Positions 1-10,674 of a stretch of 64,000 bases of DNA are shown in pieces. The notes below the pieces were generated by a model. It was not told the DNA's origin, ran no database searches, and saw only the letters and a list, made by a program, of their open reading frames with translations. The stretch lies in contig NC_043021.1 of assembly GCF_006345805.1 (NCBI RefSeq), forward strand, positions 5,270,001 to 5,334,000, in the 5' to 3' direction. The position numbers and the translations under genes were made by a program. The first letter of the stretch is position 1; the number at the start of each line of letters is the position of its first letter. This DNA comes from Octopus sinensis. Taxonomy: Eukaryota.

Positions 1-89
1 CATCATTGTCATCACCATCACCACTACCAACATCACCACCATCATCGTTACCATTGTTGATTTGATGTCTACTTTTTCTCTTTCATCAG

Positions 90-283
90 GAATTGTAACC
101 TATAAAGTCATTCCGAACCATTACGCTAAAGGTCAGCGTTATAAAGTGAAGGTTATCGATAAACACGGTGACCTTGTTGCTTATTCAAACCAATCTACCG
201 GTGTCCTGAATATTTCAAATGCCAACCTTTGGTGGCCCTATACAATGAACACATCATCTCCAGCCTACCTTTATACCATGGAG
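90..283 (+). CDS. GUSB: Beta-glucuronidase internal coding exon (equivalent to human exon 5); gene continues upstream of window
   Basis: Acceptor ctctttcatcAG at 88-89 and donor GAG|GTATGT at 284. Encodes (G)IVTYKV...LWWPYTMNTSSPAYLYTME, matching GH2 GUSB LWWPY..PAYLY. Confidence 0.93.
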
Positions 284-581
284 GTATGTTATCTTTTTTT
301 GCACAGGTGTAGTCATATGTATTATCCTCATTTAACATGCACTTTCCATGCTGGCATAGGTTCAATGGTTTGACAGGGAGCCAATGAGCTGCAGGGCTGC
401 ATTGGGCTCCAATGTCATCTTTAAGTAAGGTTTCTATGGTTGGATGCCCTTCCTAATGCCAACAACTTTACAAAGTGAACTAGGTACTTTTTTTTAATAG
501 TGAGGTTGCCATATAATTAGCAAATCAGAAAAGAACAAGGAAAAAGGCAAGGGAAAAAGCTCCAACTGTTAAGAAGAAGTA

Positions 582-805
582 CAGGGTGTCCATAAATTAT
601 CTTTACAATTTGAAAAATTCAGAAAAAGAATGAGAAATAAGGATAACTCTTTAGAGTTCATTGGGAAACATAGGCAAACAAATAAAGTTACATTAGAAAT
701 GCCAGTATACACTCCAACGTGGGCTCTACTGGGTGCACACAACACATCTAGATGGTACAATACAATAAATTGTGGAAGTTGTAAAGATAATTTATGAACA
801 TCCTG
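582..805. mobile_element. Tc1/mariner-type MITE
   Basis: 27-bp TIRs CAGGGTGTCCATAAATTATCTTTACAA / TTGTAAAGATAATTTATGAACATCCTG with 2 mismatches; TA on the left, TG (decayed TA) on the right. Confidence 0.85.
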
Positions 806-1321
806 TGATTGAAAGAGAAAGGTGAAAGTGTATTTGTATTCACAAATGCAAGCTTATCAAATACTGTACAACATAAATCATAAATTCATGATATATTAAG
901 ATTATCTCTGCCTCTGGAGGATGTATCATGTTGGTTCAACAAGTATCTGGCAATTGCTTGTCCCCTTAGACATTCTAGGTTAGTGTCCAGAATGCTGTAA
1001 GATCACTGAGAGTGAAACACAGCTTAGTTTTTGCTAAAGCATGTCTTTAGGAGAAGACTCTACTGTGTTTACAGCTGCAACAGAGGTATAACTGGACAAG
1101 TAGTCTAGGTTCATTGATTCAACTGGGTTCATCCACTCTTTGACAGGTTTTGTTTTGTGTCCTGCAGGATATCCAACCCCTCTTTCCTACCAAAGCTGGC
1201 TTGTTAGGGTTGCTGAAATACTGGATGTGATTTGTTTGATCGAACCCTTCAAGGTGGTACTCCAGCATGGCCACAGTACAATGACTGAAACAAGTAATAG
1301 ATGATAAAGGTCGAAGGCCCA

Positions 1322-1549
1322 CTGCAGCGAGCTGGCAGAAATGTTAGTGCGCCGGGCGAAATGCTTTATCGAAATGCGTAGCTGTTACGTTCTGAGTTCA
1401 AATTCCGCCGAGGTCGACTTTGCCTTTCATCCTTTCGGGGTTGATTAAATAAGTACCAGTTACGCACTGGGGTCGATATAATTGACTTAATCCGTTTGTC
1501 TGTCCTTGTTTGTCCTCTCTGTGTTTAGCCCCTTGTGGGTAGTAAAGAA
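1322..1549 (+). mobile_element. SINE family A (tRNA-like head, Meta/MESC-like central domain)
   Basis: gcgagctggcagaa...gagttcaaattcc (B-box) ...gtcgactttgcctttcatcctttcggggt...aagtaccag. More than 20 copies or fragments in the window. The domain name is from recalled similarity only. Confidence 0.85.
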
Positions 1550-1740
1550 ACAGGTAGTCTAGGTTCAGCAGCCTTGGGAAGCAGCCAGGCTAAGAAAAGT
1601 TTAACACCACCAAGTATAAGCCCTTACTGCCTGTGAAAATATGAAGGCTAAGAGACTCAACCTTAACAATAAACCAGTTTGTAAGTGAACTCAGTACCTA
1701 CTAACTCAATGTATCTCAAAAAGAGGATGAAAACACAGTG

Positions 1741-2190
1741 CAGGGTTTTGGGGCCAAATTTGACAGTTTGCATTAAAGGAAAAGAAAACACAAAGTCCCA
1801 TCTAAAAATAAAGTATTTAAAAAAATCAAAAACTGTTGTCTAGATGGCTGAGAGATAACAGTTTACTCAAAGTAGCTGCCCTCATCTTCCACCATCGCCT
1901 CAAGATGAGTCTTGGAAGATGGAACCTGGCACATGCATTCCTCACTGTGTCCCTGGGAAGATCATTGAACGCCTTGATCTTGGCCACCAACTCACCCTTG
2001 ATGATGCAGTTGGTGTCTTTCTCAACTGCATTCCACACACAGTAATGCATGAGATTACAGTTGGCAGAATTAGGAGGTCAAAAATCGGGGCTGGTGAAGT
2101 CATCAAAATTCTCTGGAAACCACTTCTGGCTCTTTCCAGATGTATAGCAAGGAGCCAAATCCTGCTGTGACACATGTAGCCTTTCAGCAG
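1741..2190 (-). mobile_element. DD37D (maT-type) Tc1/mariner transposase 3' fragment with one terminal repeat
   Basis: Minus strand reads QQDLAPCYTSGKSQKWFPENFDDFTSPDF*PPNSANCNLMHYCVWNAVEKDTN...VEDEGSYFE*. There are 37 residues between the second D and the (mutated) third D position. Terminus CAGGGTTTTGGGGCCAAATTTGACAG at 1741. Confidence 0.82.
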
Positions 2191-2229
2191 CAACTCTCTC
2201 CAGCCAGATGTCACATGATAGTTTTATAT

Positions 2230-2553
2230 GCCGTTGCCACCCTCGCCTTAGGCCGTTGCAGCCTTGCCTGGCCTCCGTGCCGGTGGCACGTAAAAAGCAC
2301 CATCCGACCGTGGCCGTGTGCCGGTGGCACGTAAAAAGCACCATCCGACCATGGCCATTTGCCAGCCTCGTCTGGACCTGTGCTGGTGGCACTTAAAAAG
2401 CACCCACTACACTCATGGAGTGGTTGGCGTTAGGAAGGGCATCCAGCCGTAGAAACATTGCCAGATCAGACTGGGCCTGGTGCAGCCTTCTGGCTTCCCA
2501 GACCCCAGTTGAACCGTCCAACCCATGCCAGCATGGAAAGCGGATGCTAAACG
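2230..2553 (+). mobile_element. RTE LINE 3' UTR fragment (family R)
   Basis: Tandem gtgccggtggcacgtaaaaagcacc units, ggcgttaggaagggcatccagcc motif and ggaaagcgga.g.taaacga tail; homologous to ORF-bearing copies at 14710 and 52548. Confidence 0.8.
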
Positions 2554-2812
2554 ATTCCCTGATTATACAAGTAATGCTATTCATTTTCAGTCTTCCATGC
2601 TTCCATGGAAACATGCCTGACAATGGGGAAATATTTACTACCTTATTTGGAAACTGGTAAGGGTTGGCGTCAGGAAGGACCCAGCTGTAGAAAATCTGCC
2701 TCAAGAAATTCGGTTTGACCTATTCAAACATTGGAACAGTGGATGTGAAAACAATGATTGTGGTGGTGGTGGTGATGATGATGGTGATGATACAATTTTT
2801 ATATATTTTCAG

Positions 2813-2950
2813 GTTACGCTTATTTCTGACACAACGGATGTCTATAGACACCCCTTTGGCATACGCACCGTGAAAGTAAACTCTCGTCAGTTACTTATAA
2901 ATGATCAGCCGTTTTACTGTCTTGGTGTGGGAAGACACGAAGATGCTGAT
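2813..2950 (+). CDS. GUSB: Beta-glucuronidase exon (exon 6 equivalent)
   Basis: ttttcAG acceptor and GAT|GTAAGT donor; 138 nt, phase 0/0. Encodes VTLISDTTDVYRHPFGIRTVKVNSRQLLINDQPFYCLGVGRHEDAD (GIRTV, HEDAD motifs). Confidence 0.96.
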
Positions 2951-3292
2951 GTAAGTCTGGTCTCCGTCAAAATTCTTTTGTTGTCTCTTCATTTCAGACA
3001 TTTCTTTATAGAAGATCATTGCTTTGAACATCGAATTACAACAAAACATTAGGTTGTTATTGTTGTTGTTGGTGTTTAATTCTAGGTCAGTCTTAAGTGG
3101 GCAGATCTTGGTCCAAAATGCATTTGTCATGACCACCTCATCTTTTATTTTCAAGCATAAGGTTTTCTGGGGTTACATTATCTAATGTGTCAGTCTTTTA
3201 TTAAAAGAGTAGGGTTTGATTTGAGGGCTGTTTGATTACTATTTCAACCTTTATCCCTGTAGCAACATGTTGTGTGTGTGTGTTTATGTATG

Positions 3293-3323
<31 letters not shown>

Positions 3324-4356
3324 CAAAAAAGATCAAAAATCCTTCCTGAGCCATAAGACTGATTTCCTAGATTCTGTGGTGTTCATATATATATAAGTTC
3401 AGCAAAATTTAGATTCAGATGAATATGGTACTTAAGTTAAAGGCACTAGAATTTTGAATGGTACTATCCATATAAATCAAACGGGGTGATTATAATCAAA
3501 ATAAGCAACAACAAGGATATCCAAGGTAGAGTAGTACAATCGTTTCATGCTACTTCATTTTATTAAACAATCTATATATATTGAATATTCGTTTAAAAAA
3601 CTCCTTGGAAGGAAAATAATTAAAAAATTCAAAGGCTGTCTATGTGACTTGAACCCACATCTGTAAATGTAACAGCTGGTCTACTGTTGGACTAAAGCAA
3701 TCCATCAAAATTATCTTTCCATTTTAGAAACTTTGTTCCTACCAGCGAGAATTATTTAATATTTGTCATTTAGTTTGAGCTTCATTGGCAGCCTTTGATT
3801 TTTTTTTTCTATCCAAAAGGGGTTTTGGGGGGGACCAATATTCACATGTAATTATTATTACAGTTGGCAGAATTATTAGCACACCAGGCAAAATGCTTAG
3901 CAACATTTCATCTGTCTTTACATTCTAAGTTCAAAGACTTTGCCTTTCATTCTTTTGGGCTTGATAAAATAAGTACCATTTGAGTCCTGGGGTCAATGTA
4001 ATCAACCTACCTCCCTCTCTCTCTCTTTCGGAGAGGCACTGAGCACCTACAAGCACACATACACACACGGCAGTAACTTCCGCCTACCGTGTTCAATCAC
4101 AAAGCTCCAGTCGGCTCGGGGCTATAGTAGAAGACATGTACCCAAAGTGCCACGCAGTGGGACTGAACCCGAAACCACATAGCCAGGAAGCAAGCTCCCT
4201 AACCACACAGCGATGCCCGTGCCTACCTCCTCCCCTGAAATTACTGGTCCTGTGCCAAAATTTGAAATCATCATTATAGTTTTATTTACTTTGAGTTCTT
4301 CAGTTAGAAATAATAAAAAAAATATACCAAACCAATATACTTTTTGTCTTCTGTAG

Positions 4357-4532
4357 GTGAGGGGTAAGGGTGTTGATCTCCCATTCATTGCCAAAGATTT
4401 CAACTTGATGAAGTGGCTTGGTGTCAACTGCTTCCGTACATCTCACTATCCATATTCCGAAGAATTGATGGATGAAGCTGACAGACAAGGATTTGCTGTG
4501 ATTGATGAAAGCCCAGGAGTTGGCATTGAGAG
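4357..4532 (+). CDS. GUSB: Beta-glucuronidase exon (exon 7 equivalent)
   Basis: tcttctgtAG acceptor and AG|GTTGGT donor; 176 nt. Encodes [58 protein letters not shown] (GH2 RTSHYP signature). Confidence 0.97.
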
Positions 4533-4598
4533 GTTGGTCCCTTTCTACTCGTTTTTTCTTTACTAAGCAGCAACATTTTCTTTTAGTCAGCACCCGAA

Positions 4599-4815
4599 AG
4601 TTAGTTAGTTAATTTGGCTCAAAAGCAAATAGCAAGGCCATGTAGGGGGACATGGAGTTAAGTACAGGGTGGTGTTCATGTAAAGAGTTCAGGCCACTTG
4701 AGGTCCAGGGAGGCTTTGAACAAAGCGGTCGTCGGCATCTTCACCATCTCGTCTGGCAGCTTGTTCCACGGATCCGCAACCCGGACGGAGAAAGCTCCTC
4801 TCCTTCGATTGAGAT
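4599..4815 (-). mobile_element. CR1 LINE 3' end
   Basis: Minus strand reads HLNRRRGAFSVRVADPWNKLPDEMVKMPTTALFKASLDLKWPELFT* (CR1 FS.RV..WN.LP..FK..LD pattern), then a short UTR and a (TAAC)n tail. Confidence 0.85.
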
Positions 4816-5338
4816 GTGTTTTTTTTTTTTTTTAAATGCTTAGTCAATGGGTAAGGAAAAGGTGGTACCCATGGCTCTTTTACTTTTTCAATGTTTCTGA
4901 GACATATTGAAAGAAGAGTGGAAGTTATCTTCAGACAAGGGAATTAGGGACCAGAACATTTGCAGCAGAATAAACTCTGCTAAAAAAAAAAAGAAGGAAA
5001 AGAAATACAAGAACCCTCTTTGTACCATAATTCTCTTGAACTGTTTTTATTATGATTATTTGGGTGGTGAGCTGGCAGAATTGTTACAGCATCAGACAAG
5101 TACCCAGAGGCATTTCTTCCCGCTCTTTACATTCTGAGTTCAATCCCTGCTGAGGTCACCTTTACTCTTCGGGATCGACAAAATATGTACTAACTAAGTG
5201 CTAGGGTCAATGTAACTGACTTAATCCCCTCCCACTAAAATGGCCAATTTTGTTTAAGATATATTTCTTTATTGCCCACAAGGGGCTAAACATAGAGGGG
5301 ACAGACAAAGGGATTAAGTCGATTATATTGACCCCAGT

Positions 5339-5756
5339 GGTGGCGAGCTGGCAGAAACGTTAGCACGCCGGGCGAAATGCGTAGCCGTATTTCGTCTGTC
5401 GTTACGTTCTGAGTTCAAATTCCGCCGAGGTCGACTTTGCCTTTCATCCTTTCGGGGTCGATAAATTAAGTACCAGTTACGCACTGGGGTCGATGTAATC
5501 GACTTAATTCGTTTGTCTGTCCTTGTTTGTCCCCTCTGTGTTTAGCCCCTTGTGGGTAGTAAAGAAATAGGTATTTTGTCTGCCGTCACGTTCTGAGTTC
5601 AAATTCCGCCGAGGTCGACTTTGCCTTTCATCCTTTCGGGGTCGATAAATTAAGTACCAGTTACGCACTGGGGTCGATGTAATCGACTAAATCCCTTTGT
5701 CTGTCCTTGTTTTTTGACCCCTCTGTGTTTAGCCCCTTGTGGGTAGTAAAGAAATA
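5339..5756 (+). mobile_element. Dimeric family A SINE inserted into an antisense family A copy (5263-5810)
   Basis: Full unit plus head-truncated unit; 16-bp TSD tatattgacccc(a/g)gtg at 5324-5339 and 5757-5772. Confidence 0.88.
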
Positions 5757-5899
5757 TATATTGACCCCGGTGCGTAACTGGCACTTAATTTATCGACCCC
5801 GAAAGGATGACAAAGAGTAGAACTCCTTTTTGAAAACACACAGAATACAATTATATGGTCTCTTATTGCGTTTAAAATATTTTCCTGACTTTGTTTCAG

Positions 5900-6046
5900 A
5901 AACAACATGGAAGAAGTGAATTTGGTTCACCACAAAAACGTGATGCAGGAATTGGTCGAACGAGACAAAAACAGACCCTCTGTAATTATTTGGTCGGTTG
6001 CTAATGAACCTAGCTCTGCTGCACCGAAGGCCAAAGGTTATTTCAA
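5900..6046 (+). CDS. GUSB: Beta-glucuronidase exon with acid/base catalytic Glu (exon 8 equivalent)
   Basis: ttgtttcAG acceptor and AA|GTAAGC donor; 147 nt, phase 2/2. Encodes NNMEEVNLVHHKNVMQELVERDKNRPSVIIWSVANEPSSAAPKAKGYF (WSVANEP). Confidence 0.97.
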
Positions 6047-6112
6047 GTAAGCATTTTATTCAAGTCTCTTCCATCCTTTTACGATCTTATTTCTAATGAA
6101 ATACACTGCATA

Positions 6113-6282
6113 TCATCATTGGCATCATCATCATCATCATCATCACCATCACCATCACCATCACCACCATCATCATCATCACCACCATCATCATCATCAC
6201 CATCACCACCATCATCATCATCATCATCATCATCATCACCACCATCACCATTATCATCATCATCATCATCACCATCACCATT

Positions 6283-6334
<52 letters not shown>

Positions 6335-6380
6335 CATCACCATCATCACCATCATCATCATCATCTACTACTACTACTAC
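6113..6380. repeat. (CAT/CAC)n trinucleotide microsatellite in a GUSB intron
   Basis: Direct reading; explains the poly-H, poly-S and poly-M ORFs. Confidence 0.97.
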
Positions 6381-6944
6381 ACTTTTCCATACCTGCATGG
6401 ATCAGATAGAATTCCTTGAGAGAGAGAGATTTTTTTTTAGCAGCTGGATGCTCTTCCTGTTGCCAACTCTCACTCGTTTCCAGGCTTGGTAGTACTTTCC
6501 AATGACCAGACATATTCTTGTAGAATATTGGAAATGAGAGACATTGCTTTTATGATGAACTGTCCCATGATGTCGAAACAAGGACAGATGGACACATACA
6601 CACACACACACAAAACCACATCATCATCATCATTGCTTTAACATCTACTTTTTCATGCTTGCATGGATTTAATACAGTTTATTGAGGCACACTTTTTATG
6701 GTTGGATGCCCTTCAAGTCAACAACCTCAATCTGTTTCCAAGCAGGATAATATTTCCCCAAGACCAGATATGTTTTCTTAGAATATTGGTAAGGAATGAC
6801 AGTGGCACTCATTTACAACTAATATGTGATGTCAAAACAAAGAGACACAAATATACTGTTGTGCAAGAATATGACACCCCTTGACGAGAATAGACTAGAC
6901 CACTACATATAAATAGTTGTGGTCTGAGTAAGTGAGGTAGTTTC

Positions 6945-7330
6945 ACTGGACAGACGGTCCAGTGAAAATGCTTGGAGTCTGGTGTGGTCCAGACCTCCAT
7001 ATAGAGAAGCATTGGAGCAAGGTTAAGGGCAGTGTGGCATCCATAACTCAGACCTGCTCTGGGCGGAGGCTACCCCTGAAAGGGAGGGCAGAGGTGGCAA
7101 ATGTGTTTATTGCATCTGTCATTACCTACTGCCCAACCAATGTGCTATGCCCCAATTCGTGGCTAAGCAAGTTGGAACGCATGCTCTTTCACTTCTTGTA
7201 GGAGAGTAGGCGGCCTCTTGTAAGGCACTCCATCTGCTGCTAATAGCCACTAAAAGGTGGGTTAGGGATGCCATGGTTAAAAATGCGCAGGTATGCACTG
7301 AGGTTGAGGCATTTCTGGCTCTACCTGGTC
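6945..7330 (+). mobile_element. L1/Tx1-clade LINE ORF2 fragment (degenerate)
   Basis: VKMLGVWCG...W...GRRLPLKGRAEVANVFIAS...LERMLFHFL*...PLKGGLGMPWL, matching the post-RT region of Tx1-like elements; contains stops. Confidence 0.8.
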
Positions 7331-7761
7331 AGTGGGTGGGTGTGGTAGCAGGGTTGTGAATGGAAGCGTCTTGTTTATTCATCTTCCTTCAAATCTTAAG
7401 AAGGCTTTGCAGATTTTTATAGTCCCAGATATCCTGACCATTTGTAGTGTACGAATTAAGGAGTTGCATTATTTTCCGAAGAACTTAAGTTCAAACATTC
7501 TTTGCTCTGTTACTCCATTAACAACAGGTATGAAACTGAAAGTGTATTTTGGGCATTGTATGAATGTGTGTGTGTGTGTGTATGCCATGAAGTGGGACTG
7601 AACCAGAAACCATGTCGGTTGGGAGCCAGATGTCTGAAACTACACAACCACACCTTCTTCTCAGATGCTTCTTCCATTGCTCATATCTTTTCCCATTGCA
7701 GCCAGTGTCTTGTGAACAAGGAACACTAACCTTGTGCATTGTTGAAATTTGTATTCTTCAG

Positions 7762-7846
7762 GGGTATCATCAGATTCACCCAGATGCTTGACAAAAGTCG
7801 ACCTGTGACCTTTGTAATGAATGCCAATATGTTTCGTGATAAAGCT
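7762..7846 (+). CDS. GUSB: Beta-glucuronidase exon (exon 9 equivalent)
   Basis: attcttcAG acceptor and GCT|GTGAGT donor; 85 nt. Encodes GIIRFTQMLDKSRPVTFVMNANMFRDKA (LD.SRPVTFV motif). Confidence 0.95.
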
Positions 7847-7890
7847 GTGAGTACTTCATGAGAATAAAGCAAATCATTAATTTTCATTAA

Positions 7891-8326
7891 CCCTTTCGTT
7901 ACCAACCCGGCTGAAACCGGCTCTGGCTCTGTAGTACAAATGTCTTGTTTTCATAAGTTTTAAATTAAAATCTTCCACCAAACCTTAGTCACAATTTATG
8001 TTCCTAACACTAGCTGAATGATAACTAAGTTATTTTACTAAATTCTTTATTATAAATCCTTAAATCCTTTAAAATGTTTTAGCCTGAAGGCCGTGGCCAT
8101 GCTGGGGCACCACCGCTGAATGAGCTACACTAATATGTGAATCCACCTCTGATACGTGGCACTTGATCAACAAGGGAGTTCGATGCTGCTGCCCGCATCT
8201 GAGTCTCCTGTCATGAGGTAGGTTCATCTGGGACCACCGACAAGAAGAGATCCAGTCTAGTTTTAAAGAAACCCACATCCTGAAAGAAACACAGAGCATC
8301 TCAAAATAAATACAGTAGCGAAAGGG
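7891..8326. mobile_element. piggyBac-like MITE interrupted by a LINE 3' end
   Basis: TTAA|CCCTTTCGTTAC ... GTAGCGAAAGGG|TTAA. An uninterrupted inverted copy lies at 15736-15961. Confidence 0.88.
8055..8280 (-). mobile_element. CR1/L2-group LINE 3' end (ORF2 C-terminus plus 3' UTR)
   Basis: DVGFFKTRLDLFLSVVPDEPTS*QETQMRAAASNSLVDQ..., then ggtggtgccccagcatggcc...ctaaaaca and a short tandem tail. This segment is absent from the second MITE copy. Confidence 0.8.
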
Positions 8327-8624
8327 TTAAATATCAGGGGTGCCTGGTTGATCCACATGCAGTTTACTGTTGTGAAAAAAGTGAAAGTAAATTGTCTCCA
8401 CCCCAAATAAAATTAAAGTAAATTGCTGTAGAAACCAAAAGTGACAATAGTGACCTAATAAAATTTTATAAAAAGAAAGTAAATAACTCCCTCACTATAC
8501 CATCTCCACAGGTCACCTCGGAGTATAGAACGGAAAAAAGTACAGGAAAATGTCTGTTTCATTGTGGACCCCGATCACATGCATGGCTCATTATAAAATA
8601 TTGGATATTTCCAGGAGCATATTT

Positions 8625-8788
8625 GATAGGCACATGTGTGGCTGTATGGTAAGAACTTGCTTCTCATCCACATAGATCCAGGTTCAGTCCCACTGCAAAG
8701 CACCTTGGGCAAGTGTCTTCTACATACCTTAGAACTGACCAAAGCCTTTGTGAGTGGATTTGGTAGACAGAAATTGAAAGAAGTGCAT

Positions 8789-8869
<81 letters not shown>

Positions 8870-9590
8870 GTGTGTGTGTGTGTATATATATATTTATATA
8901 TATGTGTGCATATATATATAGTGCATATATATATATATGTATATATTATACTAGCAGTATCGCCCGGCGTTGCTCGGGTTTGTAAGGGAAACAACTATAA
9001 AGCATTTCAGAGAGTTATAGCCAAAAAATGGGAAAAAAATGATGGTAAATTTTTTTTTTAGTTAAAAAGGTCGACTTGCGTCCCCTAGACAGTCTGTGGT
9101 TTGTGTTTCTGATTCTCGACCCCATGTCGAATTTATCGGTTTTTTTTCAAACTGGGGGAACTTTTCAAAATTTTCGCTGCGTTAGTTTTGAATTATGACA
9201 TGGGCTATGTGTGTGTCAAGTTTCATCAGAATCGGTTGAAAGCCGTGGTCAGGGTGAGGTACGAGAAAACAGACACACAGAAACACACACAGACAAACTG
9301 CCGTTTATATATAGAGAGATATATATAGTGCATATATATATATATGTATATATATATATAGTGCATATATATATATACACACACACACATACATACAGGC
9401 ACATACATACATATATACACACACACATGCGCGTGTGTGTGTGTGTGTATCTTTACGTCCGTTTGTCCTCCACCACTGCTTGACAACTGGTGTTGGTGTG
9501 TTTATATCCCCATAACTTTATGGTTGGGCAAAATTGACCAATAAAATAATTACCAGCCTTAAACAATAACAGCATCCATACACAGACTAT
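8625..9590 (+). mobile_element. Old family B (CORE-like) SINE split by a Helitron
   Basis: Head/core at 8625-8790 and body at 9450-9590, separated by an expanded microsatellite plus the Helitron. Confidence 0.75.
8951..9319 (-). mobile_element. Non-autonomous Helitron
   Basis: Minus strand reads A|TCTCTCTATATATAAACGGCA ... CCCGAGCAACGCCGGG-N8-CTAG|T: canonical 5'-TC, subterminal hairpin, 3'-CTAG and AT target. Confidence 0.88.
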
Positions 9591-9861
9591 AGAAGGGCAA
9601 TGAATGCTCGCCAAGAAGAAATTTAGGCAACAATGTGGGACAGGTGATTTATTTACATCATAACTTCATGAGCATGTGTGACAAGTCAAATTTAGAGATT
9701 AGGAAAAACTATTGCAATTTGCTTTCACTTTTTTAGGACAATTTGCTTTCACTTATTTTTTTACGATGGTAAACTGCATATTGACTGGTACGGTTTGTTT
9801 AACGTAAGGGCTGCAATAAGGTAAACATCAGAGGTATTTACAATTTACAATGGGGCGGCGA

Positions 9862-10270
9862 GCTGGCAGAAACGTTAGCGCGCCGGGCGAAATGCGTAGC
9901 CGTATTTCGTCAGCTGTTACGTTCTGAGTTCAAATTCCGCCGAGATCGACTTTGCCTTTCATCCTTTCGGGGTCGATTAAATAAGTACCAGTTACGCACT
10001 GGGGTCGATATAATCGACTTAATCCGTTTGTCTGGATTTGTTCGTCCTCTGTTGTGTTTAGCCCCTTGTGGGTAGTAAAGAAATAGGTATTTCGTCTGTC
10101 GTTACGTTCTGAGTTCAAATTCCGCCGAGGTCGACTTTGCCTTTCATCCTTTGGGGGTCGATTAAATAAGTACCAGTTACGCACTGGGGTCGATGTAATC
10201 GACTAAATCCCTTTGTCTGTCCTTGTTTGCCCCCTCTATGTTTAGCCCCTTGTGGGTAGTAAAGAAATAG
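9862..10270 (+). mobile_element. Dimeric family A SINE
   Basis: Same internal junction as the 5339 copy (aaagaaataggtatttcgtctg); flanked by aggtatttaca(a/g)ttt direct repeats. Confidence 0.88.
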
Positions 10271-10395
10271 GTATTTACAGTTTTCCTTCTTCCTGGTTTT
10301 TTAGACGGGTCTAACGTAGCACTCACGTAATTAACATAATTAATATTCTTTAATCAGGCATTTACAAAATCCGTTTCCCATTTCTAACCTCCCAG

Positions 10396-10572
10396 GCACA
10401 GTTTGCGGATATCCTCTGCATAAACCGTTATTTCGGTTGGTACGGTGACATGGGTCACCCAGAAGTTGTCTCCCTTCAGCTGCCTTATGAATTGGATAAT
10501 TTCCATTCTTTACATCGGCGACCGGTCATCTTGACGGAATACGGAGCAGGCGCGGTCAATGGCCTTCACAGG
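10396..10572 (+). CDS. GUSB: Beta-glucuronidase exon with nucleophile Glu (exon 10 equivalent)
   Basis: cctcccAG acceptor and AGG|GTAAGT donor; 177 nt. Encodes AQFADILCINRYFGWYGDMGHPEVVSLQLPYELDNFHSLHRRPVILTEYGAGAVNGLHR; nucleophile GAA at 10537-10539. Confidence 0.97.
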
Positions 10573-10674
10573 GTAAGTCATGTAATGCTAAATACTCCTT
10601 CTTCTGCTGGCAGACCGAGTATCGTCACGGCCTAATCGACTGAGCCACCGCGCCTCCCCTATGCGCGCATCATA

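Noticed and set aside
6093-6419. Poly-His/Ser/Met ORFs
   Set aside because: Translations of an intronic (CAT)n microsatellite; no splice context or complexity.
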